From: Calditrichales bacterium
GTDB taxonomy: Bacteria; Calditrichota; Calditrichia; Calditrichales; J004
Assembly: GCA_965267575.1 (NCBI GenBank)
Contig: OZ254086.1
Location: 4,320,001-4,384,000, forward strand
Length of the DNA: 64,000 bases
Reading direction: 5' to 3'
Shown: one piece after another, positions 38,740 to 47,924 of the stretch
How the letters are laid out: each line of letters opens with the position of its first letter
Numbering within the stretch: position 1 is the first letter of the stretch
Translations under genes and position numbers: made by a program
The notes under the pieces: generated by a model
The model's database searches: none
What the model saw: the letters and a program-made list of their open reading frames with translations, nothing else
What the model was told of the DNA's origin: nothing

Positions 38740-40272
38740 ATGAACCTGAAAAAAATTCTCGCCGGTCTGATTGTTATCATCCTGTTTCCAGCTTTGTTCT
38801 ATACCGCCTACGAATTTTCAACATTATCCGAAAACGAGCAGATGCTCAGCGGTATATATGAACGTCAGATCAGCACCGTGCTCTACTCCGTGAACCAGTA
38901 TGCCTGGGACGTGGTGGAGACCTGGCGCAACCGCATCCGCCGCTCGCCCGCAACAGTACGCGAAACAATATTGCAGCGCGAACAATCGGTGCAGGCGATA
39001 TGGATAGCCGACAGCAGCGCGGAAAACACATTATTATGGATTGACCGTATGGCCGGTGAAAAAAAAGGGCCCTCTTTCTGGGCGGACAGCGTGGACGCGC
39101 GCGCGGAGCTTTTGCGTAATGCCTGGCGCACCGCCGGCGAGGGCTACAGTAAAATCAACACGGTTGCCCGCGGCGATTCGCTGATGCTTTTTTATCCCGA
39201 TCGTATTGAAGGTAATCCGCGTATTGTCGCCATTATCATCAATATCAGTGCTTTCCTGGAAAACACGATGCGGCCCAAAATCGAAGAAACATCGGCGGAT
39301 GGCTTTAACCTGGGCGTCTATAGGTCCGGGGAAGAGAATCCGCGCATTGCCACCGGCGAGGTCCGCGAGCAGAACATCAGGGCGCGGCGCAGACTATGGG
39401 TGCTGCCGGGGTACGAGCTGGTGGTCGCGTTGCAGGGAAACAGCCCGGAGCAAATCGCAGTCGATCGTTTTCAGCGCAGCCTGACGCTTATTGTGATCAT
39501 CGATATTATCCTGATAATTGGTGTTGTCTTTTTATACCGCGGCCTGCGCCGGCAACTGGAACTCACACGGATGAAGAACGAATTTGTCTCCAACGTGTCG
39601 CATGAGCTGCGCACCCCGCTGGCACTGATACGCATGTACGCGGAAACGCTGGAACTGGGCCGTGTAAAGGAAGAACGCAAGCTTGAGTATTTCCGCATCA
39701 TAGGCCGTGAGAGCGAAAGATTGACCTACCTGATCAACAACATTCTCGATTTTGCTAAAATGGAAGCGGGCAAGAAGCGCTACAACATGGAAGCCTGCGA
39801 TCTGAACAACGTCATCCGGGAAACGCTGGAAGCTTACCATTTCCAGCTGGAAAGCAGGCAGTTTAAATTGAATATGCAGCTCTCTGAAGGTTCGCTGACC
39901 CTCAACGCGGATCGCCTGGCGCTGGCCGAAGCTTTCATCAACCTGCTGGACAATGCCATGAAATACAGCGGTGAAGCGCGCGAGATCGGCATCGCCAGCG
40001 GCAGGGATAACGGCAGGGTATGGCTTAGTGTAAGCGACAGGGGAATCGGCATTGCCCCGCGCGAAACAAAACGTATTTTTGAACAATTTTACCGGATTTC
40101 CGAGCAAGGCGCGCATAACACCAAAGGAAGCGGACTGGGTTTAGCGCTGGTTAAATACATCGTGAACGCCCACAACGGTGAGATCTCCGTGGACAGCACG
40201 CCGGGCAAAGGCAGTACCTTCCGCGTAGCACTTCCCGCCGCCAATGACAAGAAAGAGGACAAAGATGCCTAA
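38740..40272 (+). CDS. Sensor histidine kinase
   Basis: Two TM segments, SHELRTPL, NLLDNAMKYS, DRGIG, GSGLGL. Confidence 0.95.
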   Translation: MNLKKILAGLIVIILFPALFYTAYEFSTLSENEQMLSGIYERQISTVLYSVNQYAWDVVETWRNRIRRSPATVRETILQREQSVQAIWIADSSAENTLLWIDRMAGEKKGPSFWADSVDARAELLRNAWRTAGEGYSKINTVARGDSLMLFYPDRIEGNPRIVAIIINISAFLENTMRPKIEETSADGFNLGVYRSGEENPRIATGEVREQNIRARRRLWVLPGYELVVALQGNSPEQIAVDRFQRSLTLIVIIDIILIIGVVFLYRGLRRQLELTRMKNEFVSNVSHELRTPLALIRMYAETLELGRVKEERKLEYFRIIGRESERLTYLINNILDFAKMEAGKKRYNMEACDLNNVIRETLEAYHFQLESRQFKLNMQLSEGSLTLNADRLALAEAFINLLDNAMKYSGEAREIGIASGRDNGRVWLSVSDRGIGIAPRETKRIFEQFYRISEQGAHNTKGSGLGLALVKYIVNAHNGEISVDSTPGKGSTFRVALPAANDKKEDKDA

Positions 40273-40948
40273 AATTTTGATTGTTGAAGATGAGCCTGAA
40301 ATGCGCAACGGTTTGCGCGACAACCTGGAGTTTGAAGGCTACGACGTAGACGTGGCTGAAACCGGACCGCAAGGTCTGGAGAAGATACGCGACGCTTACG
40401 ATCTTGTCATTCTTGATGTGATGCTGCCGGGCATGTCCGGCTTTGATGTGCTGAAAAAGGCACGCTCCGAAGGTGTGGAGACGGCGGTGCTTATGCTGAC
40501 GGCAAAGGGCGAAGAAATAGATAAGGTGCTGGGCCTGGAGCTTGGCGCCGATGATTACATGACCAAGCCGTTCAGCCTGCGCGAGTTGCTGGCCCGCGTA
40601 AAGGCCCGTTTGCGCCGCGATGTTAAGCCAAAGGCGGAAGAGCTGCCGGCGCGCGTGCAAATCGGCCGCCTGGAAGTGGATTTCCAAACCTACGATGCCT
40701 GGCTGGATGAGAAGAATGTTTCCATGACCCATAAGGAAATCGAAGTGCTGCGTTATCTCTGGCAAAACCGTAACAGCACGGTCACGCGCGATAACCTGCT
40801 AAACGACGTGTGGGGCTACGACGAAATGATCACCACGCGCACAATCGATAATTTTATTTTAAAACTGCGTCAGAAGATAGAGGAAAACCCGGGCCATCCA
40901 AGGATAATTTTAACGGTGCATGGCAGCGGCTACAAGATGGTGATTTGA
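40265..40948 (+). CDS. OmpR/PhoB-family response regulator
   Basis: ILIVEDE, LDVMLP, GADDYMTKPF, VWGY, TRTIDN, TVHGSGY; ATG 40265 with GAGG RBS. Confidence 0.95.
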   Translation: MPKILIVEDEPEMRNGLRDNLEFEGYDVDVAETGPQGLEKIRDAYDLVILDVMLPGMSGFDVLKKARSEGVETAVLMLTAKGEEIDKVLGLELGADDYMTKPFSLRELLARVKARLRRDVKPKAEELPARVQIGRLEVDFQTYDAWLDEKNVSMTHKEIEVLRYLWQNRNSTVTRDNLLNDVWGYDEMITTRTIDNFILKLRQKIEENPGHPRIILTVHGSGYKMVI

Positions 40949-40956
40949 GAGACTGG

Positions 40957-41190
40957 TTAGCCGGGGAAGTATTTATCATTCATCTCGTCTCGCGTAAAAC
41001 TGCCGGCAGCTGTCACGTAGAAAAGTTTTTCCATTAACAAGTGATAGTTGGTTTTATCGGCCTTATTATGAGCATAGTTCCTCAACCAGATACGGAACTG
41101 TTCATTAAGTGTCGTATTTTCGTTTTGTGCTCTAAAACGCGCCTTTTGTATTAGTTCGTTATCTGCACTTAGGGTAATATTCTTTTTCAT
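40957..41190 (-). CDS. Small RHH-type antitoxin-like protein (orphan)
   Basis: MKKNITLSADNELIQKAR...TTLNEQFRIWL...FTRDEMN; GGAGG RBS before ATG 41190; AT-rich. Confidence 0.65.
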   Translation of the reverse strand: MKKNITLSADNELIQKARFRAQNENTTLNEQFRIWLRNYAHNKADKTNYHLLMEKLFYVTAAGSFTRDEMNDKYFPG

Positions 41191-41275
41191 ATTTTCCTCC
41201 ATTACACGAAAATAGCGTACACAAATTTATTGTAGATTGTTTCACGATTCAATAAGGCACTAAACCATGCGTACC

Positions 41276-41300
41276 GTGACATCTTTTTACAAACGTGACT
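41276..41300 (+). promoter_or_regulatory. Putative OmpR-family binding repeats upstream of the jelly-roll gene
   Basis: TGACA (41277), TTACA (41287), TGACT (41296): about one helical turn apart. Confidence 0.35.
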
Positions 41301-41345
41301 TTTTTCTCTGTGTATGTTTAGCATGTAAATCAGGGAAGAATAGCA

Positions 41346-42401
41346 ATGAAGAGATATATCTACTTACTCGTGATCTGCCTGCTGCCTTTGCAGGCTCAAA
41401 ACCGCTGGGAAAAACTTGTCGATCTTTCCGGCATGTGGAAATTTGAACTGGGCGACGATAATGCCTGGATAGACCCGCAGTACGATGACACGCGCTGGGA
41501 CAAAATTTATGTCCCCTCCAGCTGGGAAGACGAGGGATTTCCCGGCTATGACGGCTTCGCCTGGTACCGGCACAGTTTCCGGCTGGAAAAAAACGAGCTG
41601 CCGCAAAAGGGCACCATTTACCTGCGTCTGGGGTATATTGATGATTGCGATGAAGTATATCTGAACGGCAACTTTATCAACGGCAGCGGTACTTTTCCGC
41701 CCGATATCCAAACCGCGTATAATGTGGATCGTATTTACACCGTGAACAGGGAATTTCTCAATCCCGGTGGCGAGAATGTGCTGGCTGTGCGCGTTTTTGA
41801 TACGCACCTGGACGGCGGAATCCTGCGCGGGCGCATCGGGCTTTACCGCGATCGTGCCGAGCTGATTCCGGACATGGACCTCACCGGCCGCTGGCTGTTT
41901 AAAATCGGAGATTTTCCGCAATGGGCCGAACCGCGTTATGATGACAGTAATTGGGATACGATCGCCGTGCCCGGATTCTGGGAAGGTCAGGGTTACGAGA
42001 ATTACGATGGATTTGGCTGGTACCGCCTGCGTTTTAACATAGATCCTTCCTTGCGCGATGAAAGGCTCATTCTGGTGCTTGGCAAAATTGATGACTTTGA
42101 TGAGGTCTTTCTTAATGGCGAGCGTATCGGGCGCACGGGCACGATGCCCGACGGCTGGAACGACGCCAATCTTGGAGATACTTACCGCGAAGATCGTGTT
42201 TACGTGCTGCCCAAGGAAGCTATCCGCTTTAACGCTGAAAACGTACTCGCCGTACGGGTGTATGACGGCTACCTCGATGGCGGCATCTACGAAGGACCGG
42301 TTGGCATCATCACGCGCGACCACTACCTGGCCTGGCGCGAACGCAGCGGAAAGAAAGTCTCCATATTCGAACGCCTGTTTGACGCTTTTTATCACGATTA
42401 G
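41346..42401 (+). CDS. Secreted protein with two beta-galactosidase/GH2-type jelly-roll sugar-binding domains
   Basis: Signal peptide; internal duplication DLxGxWxFxxGD...YDGFxWYR...LGxIDDxDEVxLNG...NVLAVRVxDxxLDGGI occurs twice. Confidence 0.85.
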   Translation: MKRYIYLLVICLLPLQAQNRWEKLVDLSGMWKFELGDDNAWIDPQYDDTRWDKIYVPSSWEDEGFPGYDGFAWYRHSFRLEKNELPQKGTIYLRLGYIDDCDEVYLNGNFINGSGTFPPDIQTAYNVDRIYTVNREFLNPGGENVLAVRVFDTHLDGGILRGRIGLYRDRAELIPDMDLTGRWLFKIGDFPQWAEPRYDDSNWDTIAVPGFWEGQGYENYDGFGWYRLRFNIDPSLRDERLILVLGKIDDFDEVFLNGERIGRTGTMPDGWNDANLGDTYREDRVYVLPKEAIRFNAENVLAVRVYDGYLDGGIYEGPVGIITRDHYLAWRERSGKKVSIFERLFDAFYHD

Positions 42402-42521
42402 ATTTCCATTTGGGAAACATATTAAGGCACTCCCCCGTTTTGACCGATTGTTAGCGCAACACAAACTATTTTAGATTCATAAATCGGCACGGTTGAACGC
42501 GTAGAGGAGCCGCCACTTTTC

Positions 42522-43088
42522 ATGCCCGATCAAAACAATCTGACACTTATTCTTAACCAGGCTGCGGCAGGTAACAAAGAGAGCCTCGACCGGCTGCTGC
42601 CCCTTATCTATGATGAGCTTTACCGCCTGGCGCAAAGCAAACGGCGCAAAGAAGGCGCCGCTATTACGCTTAATACGACTGCCATGGTCCATGAAGCTTA
42701 CCTCAAACTCGTTGACCAGAAAAACGTCGACTGGAAAAGTCGCTCACACTTTTTTGCCATCGCCGCCACCATGATGCGCCGCATTATTATCGATTACGCG
42801 CGGGCACGGAACGCGCAAAAGCGCGGGGCTGAGCAAACGGTGATCACGCTCAATGAACAACAAATGGCGATCAGTGTGCCTGCGGAAAACATCCTGCAGG
42901 TGGATGAAGCATTAACCCGGCTGGCCCAAACCGGGGAACGCCGCGCCAAGATCATCGAATACTGGTTTTTTGTGGGGCTCAACCACCAGGAAATAGCCGA
43001 TCTGCTGAATATCTCCACGGCAACGGTACGCCGCGAATGGCGACTGGCGCGGGCCTGGTTGGCACGTTTCATGAAAGAGGACGGCTGA
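42522..43088 (+). CDS. ECF sigma factor, kinase-associated type
   Basis: LLPLIYDELYRLA, TAMVHEAYLKL, SRSHFFAIAA, MRRIIIDYAR, TVRREWRLARAWL. Confidence 0.9.
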   Translation: MPDQNNLTLILNQAAAGNKESLDRLLPLIYDELYRLAQSKRRKEGAAITLNTTAMVHEAYLKLVDQKNVDWKSRSHFFAIAATMMRRIIIDYARARNAQKRGAEQTVITLNEQQMAISVPAENILQVDEALTRLAQTGERRAKIIEYWFFVGLNHQEIADLLNISTATVRREWRLARAWLARFMKEDG

Positions 43089-45538
43089 TGGACGAGCAGC
43101 GCCGGCAAAAAATAGAAGAGCTTTTTGAGCAGGCCCTGGAGCTTGAGCCGGAGCAGCGCGCCGCTTTCCTTGAAAAGGCCTGCGCGGGAGATGATGAACT
43201 GCTGGCCGAAGTGCAATCTTTGCTGGATGCTGAAGAGAATCTGCCGGATTTTCTTGAAGCGCCGCTGGTGGTGGAGCAAAGTATCAATAACTGGCAGGAT
43301 AAGAACATCGGGCCGTTCCGCGTGATCCGCGAGCTGGGCCGCGGCGGTATGGGCATGGTCTTTTTGGCCGAACGCGTTGGCGCCGGTTTTGAACAAAAGG
43401 TGGCCTTAAAGCTGGTCCAGCCCGAAATCGGGAAGACCAACCTGCACGAACGCTTTGAATCGGAGCGGCGCATCCTGGCGCGGCTGCAGCATCCCCATAT
43501 CGCCCGCTTATATGACGGCGGCATCAGCGAGGACGGTATTCCCTATTTTGCCATGGAATACATCGAAGGACGGCCGCTTGATGTTTACTGCGATGAAATG
43601 AAACTCTCGCTGCGCAAACGTCTGGAGCTTTTCCTTGATGTTTGCGAAGCCATGCAATACGCCCACAATAACCTGGTCATCCATCGTGACCTGAAGCCCT
43701 CCAATATCCTGGTGACGGAAGAAGGCCGCGTCAAAGTGCTGGACTTTGGTATTGCCAAGATTGTGGAAGACAGCGAATTGCCGGATGTGGAAATTACCAT
43801 GGCCGGGCAGCGCTTTATCACGCCGGCCTACGCGTCACCGGAGCAGATCGCTTATGAGCCGGTAAGCACCGCCAGTGACGTTTACTCCCTGGGCATGATC
43901 CTCTACCGCCTGCTTTCCGGGTTAACCGCCTACGAGATCACCACCCATTCACCGATCGAACTGCAGCGCCAACTGGAAAGCCAGAAAATCGAGCGCCCCA
44001 GCCGCCGCCTGCGCCAGAGCGGAGAGACACTGCAGGATGACATCAGCCGCAACAGGCGTCTTTCGCCCGGTGCACTCTACCGGCAGCTTAAAGGCGATCT
44101 GGACCATATTGTTTTAAAATGCCTGCACAAACAGCCCGCGCGGCGCTACGGTCAGGTATCGCACCTGGCGGCAGATATCCGCCGTTACCTGGGCGGCCGA
44201 CCCATAAGCGCGCGTCCGGAAAGTCCGTTTTACATCGCTTCGCGTTTTGTTGCGCGCAACCGTAAGGTGTTAACAGCCGCCGTGTTGGTTGTATTGTTCT
44301 CCGTGTTGCAGCTATACTTTTACACGCAAAACCTGCGTCGCGAAAAAGAAAAAGCCGAGCAGGTGGCCGGACTGCTTACGCGCGTCTTCGAAGCGGCCGA
44401 TCCCGAAAACAGTAAGGGTGAGGACATTACGGCCAGAGAGCTGCTGCAAGCCGGAACGGCAAAGGTGCGCAACACGCTCTCCGGTCAGCCGGACATCAAG
44501 GCGCACATGCTGCGGCTGTTGGGCAAAATAAACCTGAACCTGGGGGCTTTCAGTTCTGCCGATTCCTTGTTTGAACAGGCGCTGGCACTTTACCGGGAAA
44601 ACAATCTGCCACGGGACAGCCTGTACGCGCGCATACTGGTGTACAGCGCCGAAACGGCCGTTTTAAAGGATCAGTTTGCAAGGGCCGATTCACTTTTGGG
44701 CGAGGCCGATGCTGTTCTGGAAAAACTGCTGCCGGAGGCATACGATCTGTTCATAACCGCCAACAATTACCGCGCTTTTCTGAACAACACCCGCGGCGAC
44801 TTCAAAAAGGCGGAATCGCTCTACTGGAATTCCGTGCATTATCTGAAAGAGCATTACGGGGAAGAAGACAGCTGGCTGGGAACAACCTATAATAACCTGG
44901 GGCTGGTGTATCACAACGCCGGCAATCACCCCAAAGCGGATAGCCTTTACCGGCTGGCCATTAAGGTGCAGGAAGCTAGTCTGGGGCCGGTGCATACCGA
45001 GCTGGCCGACAGCTATTACAATTTTGCCCAGGTGGCCCGCGATATGGGCAACTACGCCCTCTCCGAAAGCCTGTTTACCAAGGTTCTGGAAATGGACCGC
45101 ACGCTGTACGGAGACAATCACATAAATATCTCCTACACCCTCAACGGCATCGGCAACCTGCAGGTGAAGCAAAACAAGTTGCAGCAGGCCGAGAAAAACT
45201 TCCGCGAAGCCTTGCGCATACGCGTTGCCACGCACGGGCTGGATCATTCCAACGTGGGCTACTGCTGGCGCAACCTAGGACACGTAAAGCGCGCCAAAGC
45301 GCAATATGACAGCGCCGCCCATTACTACAACCTGGCCCTGCAAAACCTGCAGACATCGCTGGGCCCGGAGCACGCCGATGTGGCACGCATCTATCGCAAC
45401 CTGGGCGGGTTGTTCAGGGAAACAGGCAACAAAAACCTGGCCCGGCAATACTACAATCAAAGCCTGACGGTTTTTCTAAAAAGCTTCCCGGAAGAGCACC
45501 GCCTGGTGCGGGAGCTCAAGGAACAGATGGCGGAGTAA
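43088..45538 (+). CDS. Hanks-type Ser/Thr protein kinase with TM segment and TPR repeats
   Basis: ATG overlaps the sigma stop (TGATG); GRGGMG, VALK, HRDLKPSN, DFG, YASPEQ, DVYSLG; TPR repeats. Confidence 0.95.
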   Translation: MDEQRRQKIEELFEQALELEPEQRAAFLEKACAGDDELLAEVQSLLDAEENLPDFLEAPLVVEQSINNWQDKNIGPFRVIRELGRGGMGMVFLAERVGAGFEQKVALKLVQPEIGKTNLHERFESERRILARLQHPHIARLYDGGISEDGIPYFAMEYIEGRPLDVYCDEMKLSLRKRLELFLDVCEAMQYAHNNLVIHRDLKPSNILVTEEGRVKVLDFGIAKIVEDSELPDVEITMAGQRFITPAYASPEQIAYEPVSTASDVYSLGMILYRLLSGLTAYEITTHSPIELQRQLESQKIERPSRRLRQSGETLQDDISRNRRLSPGALYRQLKGDLDHIVLKCLHKQPARRYGQVSHLAADIRRYLGGRPISARPESPFYIASRFVARNRKVLTAAVLVVLFSVLQLYFYTQNLRREKEKAEQVAGLLTRVFEAADPENSKGEDITARELLQAGTAKVRNTLSGQPDIKAHMLRLLGKINLNLGAFSSADSLFEQALALYRENNLPRDSLYARILVYSAETAVLKDQFARADSLLGEADAVLEKLLPEAYDLFITANNYRAFLNNTRGDFKKAESLYWNSVHYLKEHYGEEDSWLGTTYNNLGLVYHNAGNHPKADSLYRLAIKVQEASLGPVHTELADSYYNFAQVARDMGNYALSESLFTKVLEMDRTLYGDNHINISYTLNGIGNLQVKQNKLQQAEKNFREALRIRVATHGLDHSNVGYCWRNLGHVKRAKAQYDSAAHYYNLALQNLQTSLGPEHADVARIYRNLGGLFRETGNKNLARQYYNQSLTVFLKSFPEEHRLVRELKEQMAE

Positions 45539-45665
45539 GGTACTTATACCATTTTAGTACTTTCAATTAAATTGCTTATAAAATCTAAAAGAACATAATA
45601 AATTCTTGGCTTTTGTTTGAGGGCTAATTGTTAGTGACTTAAACAGTATAAAAGGTTCAATTAAA

Positions 45666-46649
45666 ATGCTTACTAGAGAAGAACGAAGGGAGATACATAA
45701 ACAAATTGGAAAAATTCAGAAAAAATTAAACAAGGAACGATTTATTTGCCTCTACCCAAAGTGTCTGAACAAAGCGATATTATCTCATTCACAACAAAGA
45801 GAGGGTCAATTAAGGGCTATTGCAGATAATGGAATGGTATACGCAATCGACCGAAATATATATGGCAGATTAAAAGCATTTGGGAAAGAACCGGCATTAA
45901 GGTTAAAGAAGGTAGGAATATCAGAGGCTTCAACATTTTCGGGTTTTTGTGAATATCACGATAGAGAGTTGTTTGCTCCAATTGAACTTAAACCACTAAG
46001 GGCGAATAATCGTGAACAAGCTTTTCTGATCTATTTACGCTCCTACTCATACGAATATTTACAGAAATTAAAGATGAGGATATTTCTTTCAAGATATCTT
46101 GAAAAATGCTATCACGTATTACCACAAGAAAATATTTCTGACATCCAAGCAATAAAAATGGGAATGGATCATTTTGTCGACGATGAAGCCCCGGTCTCAT
46201 TTGAAAAGCTCTTTTATGCATTAAGCAATAAAAAGTTTTCGATAGTCAATTGCTGGTGGAAAATAATCAATAAAAACATTCTAGTCTCGTCGAGTTGTTG
46301 TATGTCTCCTTTATTTGAAAAACACTTTGAACACAGAATAAACAATTGGGACTTGCCACAACCTATTATCTCGTTCAACCTTATTCCTGCAAAAGATAAA
46401 ACCGATATTGTATTCGTCTGGTTATCAGAGTTCGACGAACTTGTCGAGTGGATAAATAACTATGATAATACGGAAAAAACCGAGCGCCTAATAAATCATT
46501 GTGCATTTGCGGAATCAGAAGATACTTGTATAAATATTCCTCTATGGGAGGAGGCACCCATATTAATACAGGAACAAGTACTCAATGCAATTCGACATTA
46601 TATTTATCGAGGTAGTTTAGCTACTGGACCTATTTTGGTTAAACTTTGA
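45666..46649 (+). CDS. Hypothetical AT-rich protein with a Cys/His (HNH/zinc-finger-like) N-terminus
   Basis: CLYPKC...SHSQQ...ASTFSGFCEYHDRELF; 327-codon ORF in markedly AT-rich DNA. Confidence 0.7.
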   Translation: MLTREERREIHKQIGKIQKKLNKERFICLYPKCLNKAILSHSQQREGQLRAIADNGMVYAIDRNIYGRLKAFGKEPALRLKKVGISEASTFSGFCEYHDRELFAPIELKPLRANNREQAFLIYLRSYSYEYLQKLKMRIFLSRYLEKCYHVLPQENISDIQAIKMGMDHFVDDEAPVSFEKLFYALSNKKFSIVNCWWKIINKNILVSSSCCMSPLFEKHFEHRINNWDLPQPIISFNLIPAKDKTDIVFVWLSEFDELVEWINNYDNTEKTERLINHCAFAESEDTCINIPLWEEAPILIQEQVLNAIRHYIYRGSLATGPILVKL

Positions 46650-46718
46650 TATGCCACAAATTACAGGTAAGCTATTTTAGAATTGGAGTTTATTTATGTG
46701 GCTTCTAAAGTCGGTTTA

Positions 46719-47282
46719 TTAACGAAGCCCCTCCACCCTATCCCAATACCTCCCCCGTATCTCCTTCCACTCCATTTTAAACCAGGGCGAGTAGCTCTCT
46801 GGATTATTCATTAGCTCCTCATCCAGTTCATCCGGCGTCACCCATTTCCAGGCGGCAATTTCGGTGGGGTTTACTTTCGGGTCGCTGTTGTTGCTGCCGA
46901 TGTAGACGGAGCACAGCTCGTGTTCGCTGCCCTTTTCGCCAAAGCGGGCGTGGTATTCAAATTTATAGAGATACGTCAGTTCCGCGCTGAAGCCCAGCTC
47001 CTCTTTCAACCGTCGCTGCGTGGCGATCTCGTTGCTCTCGCCTTTACGCGGGTGGCTGCAACAGCTGTTGGACCAGTACAGCGGCCAAAGACGCTTGCTT
47101 CCGTGACGCTGCTGCAAAAGCAGGCGCTTGTTGTCATCAAAAATAAAAATGGAAAAAGCACGGTGCAGGATGCCATCCCCGTCATGGCATTCCGCTTTGG
47201 ATTTCCAGCCCAGTTCGTTGTCATTTTTGTCAACCAGTATCAGCAATTCACTCTCAAAAGAAACAATATTGTCGGCGCTCAT
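46719..47282 (-). CDS. idi: Isopentenyl-diphosphate delta-isomerase, type 1
   Basis: HRAFS, LLQQR, NSCCSHP, RRLKEELG, EHE, SPWF; ATG 47282 with GGAG RBS. Confidence 0.95.
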   Translation of the reverse strand: MSADNIVSFESELLILVDKNDNELGWKSKAECHDGDGILHRAFSIFIFDDNKRLLLQQRHGSKRLWPLYWSNSCCSHPRKGESNEIATQRRLKEELGFSAELTYLYKFEYHARFGEKGSEHELCSVYIGSNNSDPKVNPTEIAAWKWVTPDELDEELMNNPESYSPWFKMEWKEIRGRYWDRVEGLR

Positions 47283-47295
47283 TATTCTCCCCTGT

Positions 47296-47694
47296 TTAAG
47301 CGTCATCCTCGTCTTCGGTATCTTCGCCCATGCGGCGCAGCATATCATAGACCATCTGCAGCATACGCGCGTGGCGTTGGCGCAATTCGGCGTAAATGCG
47401 GCTTTTCTCACTGCCTTTGCGCGCCAGGGCATGGTCGCTGCTCAGCTCCATCAACGCCTCATGACTGTTGGCGTTGTACAGGCCGTCCTTAAAGCCCTGA
47501 TCAAACACATCCTGCACATTTATTTTTTTTGCCGGATCCTTCAATACGCTGTTTAACACCGCAGCCGCCATATCTGTCGTGGTTACAAATTTATCAATCG
47601 CCTGCTGACGGCTTTCCTCGGTCTCCTTTTCCGTCAACAGAAAATGGAGCTGGTGCAGATTTTTCTTAAATAATTCCAGTTCTTGTGATTCCAT
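47296..47694 (-). CDS. Hypothetical alpha-helical protein
   Basis: 132-aa ORF co-oriented with the cluster, ending 13 bp before idi; no recognisable motif. Confidence 0.65.
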   Translation of the reverse strand: MESQELELFKKNLHQLHFLLTEKETEESRQQAIDKFVTTTDMAAAVLNSVLKDPAKKINVQDVFDQGFKDGLYNANSHEALMELSSDHALARKGSEKSRIYAELRQRHARMLQMVYDMLRRMGEDTEDEDDA

Positions 47695-47709
47695 AAAAAT
47701 CCCGATAAG

Positions 47710-47757
47710 TGGATTGGTGAATTAGTGCATTGTTGAATTACTGAATTAATGAATTGA
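47710..47757. repeat. 8-bp tandem array A (6 units, TGAATTNN)
   Basis: TGGATTGG TGAATTAG TGCATTGT TGAATTAC TGAATTAA TGAATTGA. Confidence 0.85.
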
Positions 47758-47785
47758 TGGTCTGGGGTTCTGCCGATGTGAGCAG

Positions 47786-47812
47786 CCCCCCTAAGCCCTC
47801 CCGGGAGGGGAA
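47786..47812. repeat. GC-rich REP-like palindrome
   Basis: CCCCCCTAAG followed by the perfect palindrome CCCTCCCGGGAGGG (47796-47809). Confidence 0.6.
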
Positions 47813-47840
47813 TTACAGTATCTTTTATTTCCCTTTTACA

Positions 47841-47872
47841 TGAACACCAGAATACCTGAATACGTGAACACA
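47841..47872. repeat. 8-bp tandem array B (4 units, TGAAYACN)
   Basis: TGAACACC AGAATACC TGAATACG TGAACACA. Confidence 0.8.
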
Positions 47873-47884
47873 TTTCCGCAAAAA

Positions 47885-47924
47885 CTTAACACCTTAACAC
47901 TCTAACACATTAACACCTTAGCAC
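47885..47924. repeat. 8-bp tandem array C (5 units, CTTAACAC)
   Basis: CTTAACAC CTTAACAC TCTAACAC ATTAACAC CTTAGCAC. Confidence 0.88.

Noticed and set aside
41253..42431. 9-bp direct repeat TAAGGCACT flanking the jelly-roll gene as a target-site duplication
   Set aside because: No terminal inverted repeats or transposase; a single 9-mer match can arise by chance
41364..42464. 366-aa minus-strand ORF
   Set aside because: Antisense shadow of the jelly-roll gene, with no motifs; the same applies to other long antisense ORFs such as 62907-63863 and 14018-14809
44530..45500. Periodic repeats in the kinase C-terminus
   Set aside because: Ordinary protein-level TPR repeats
47710..47924. Repeat arrays as a CRISPR locus
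   Set aside because: Units are 8 bp and contiguous, with no unique spacers and no cas genes in the window
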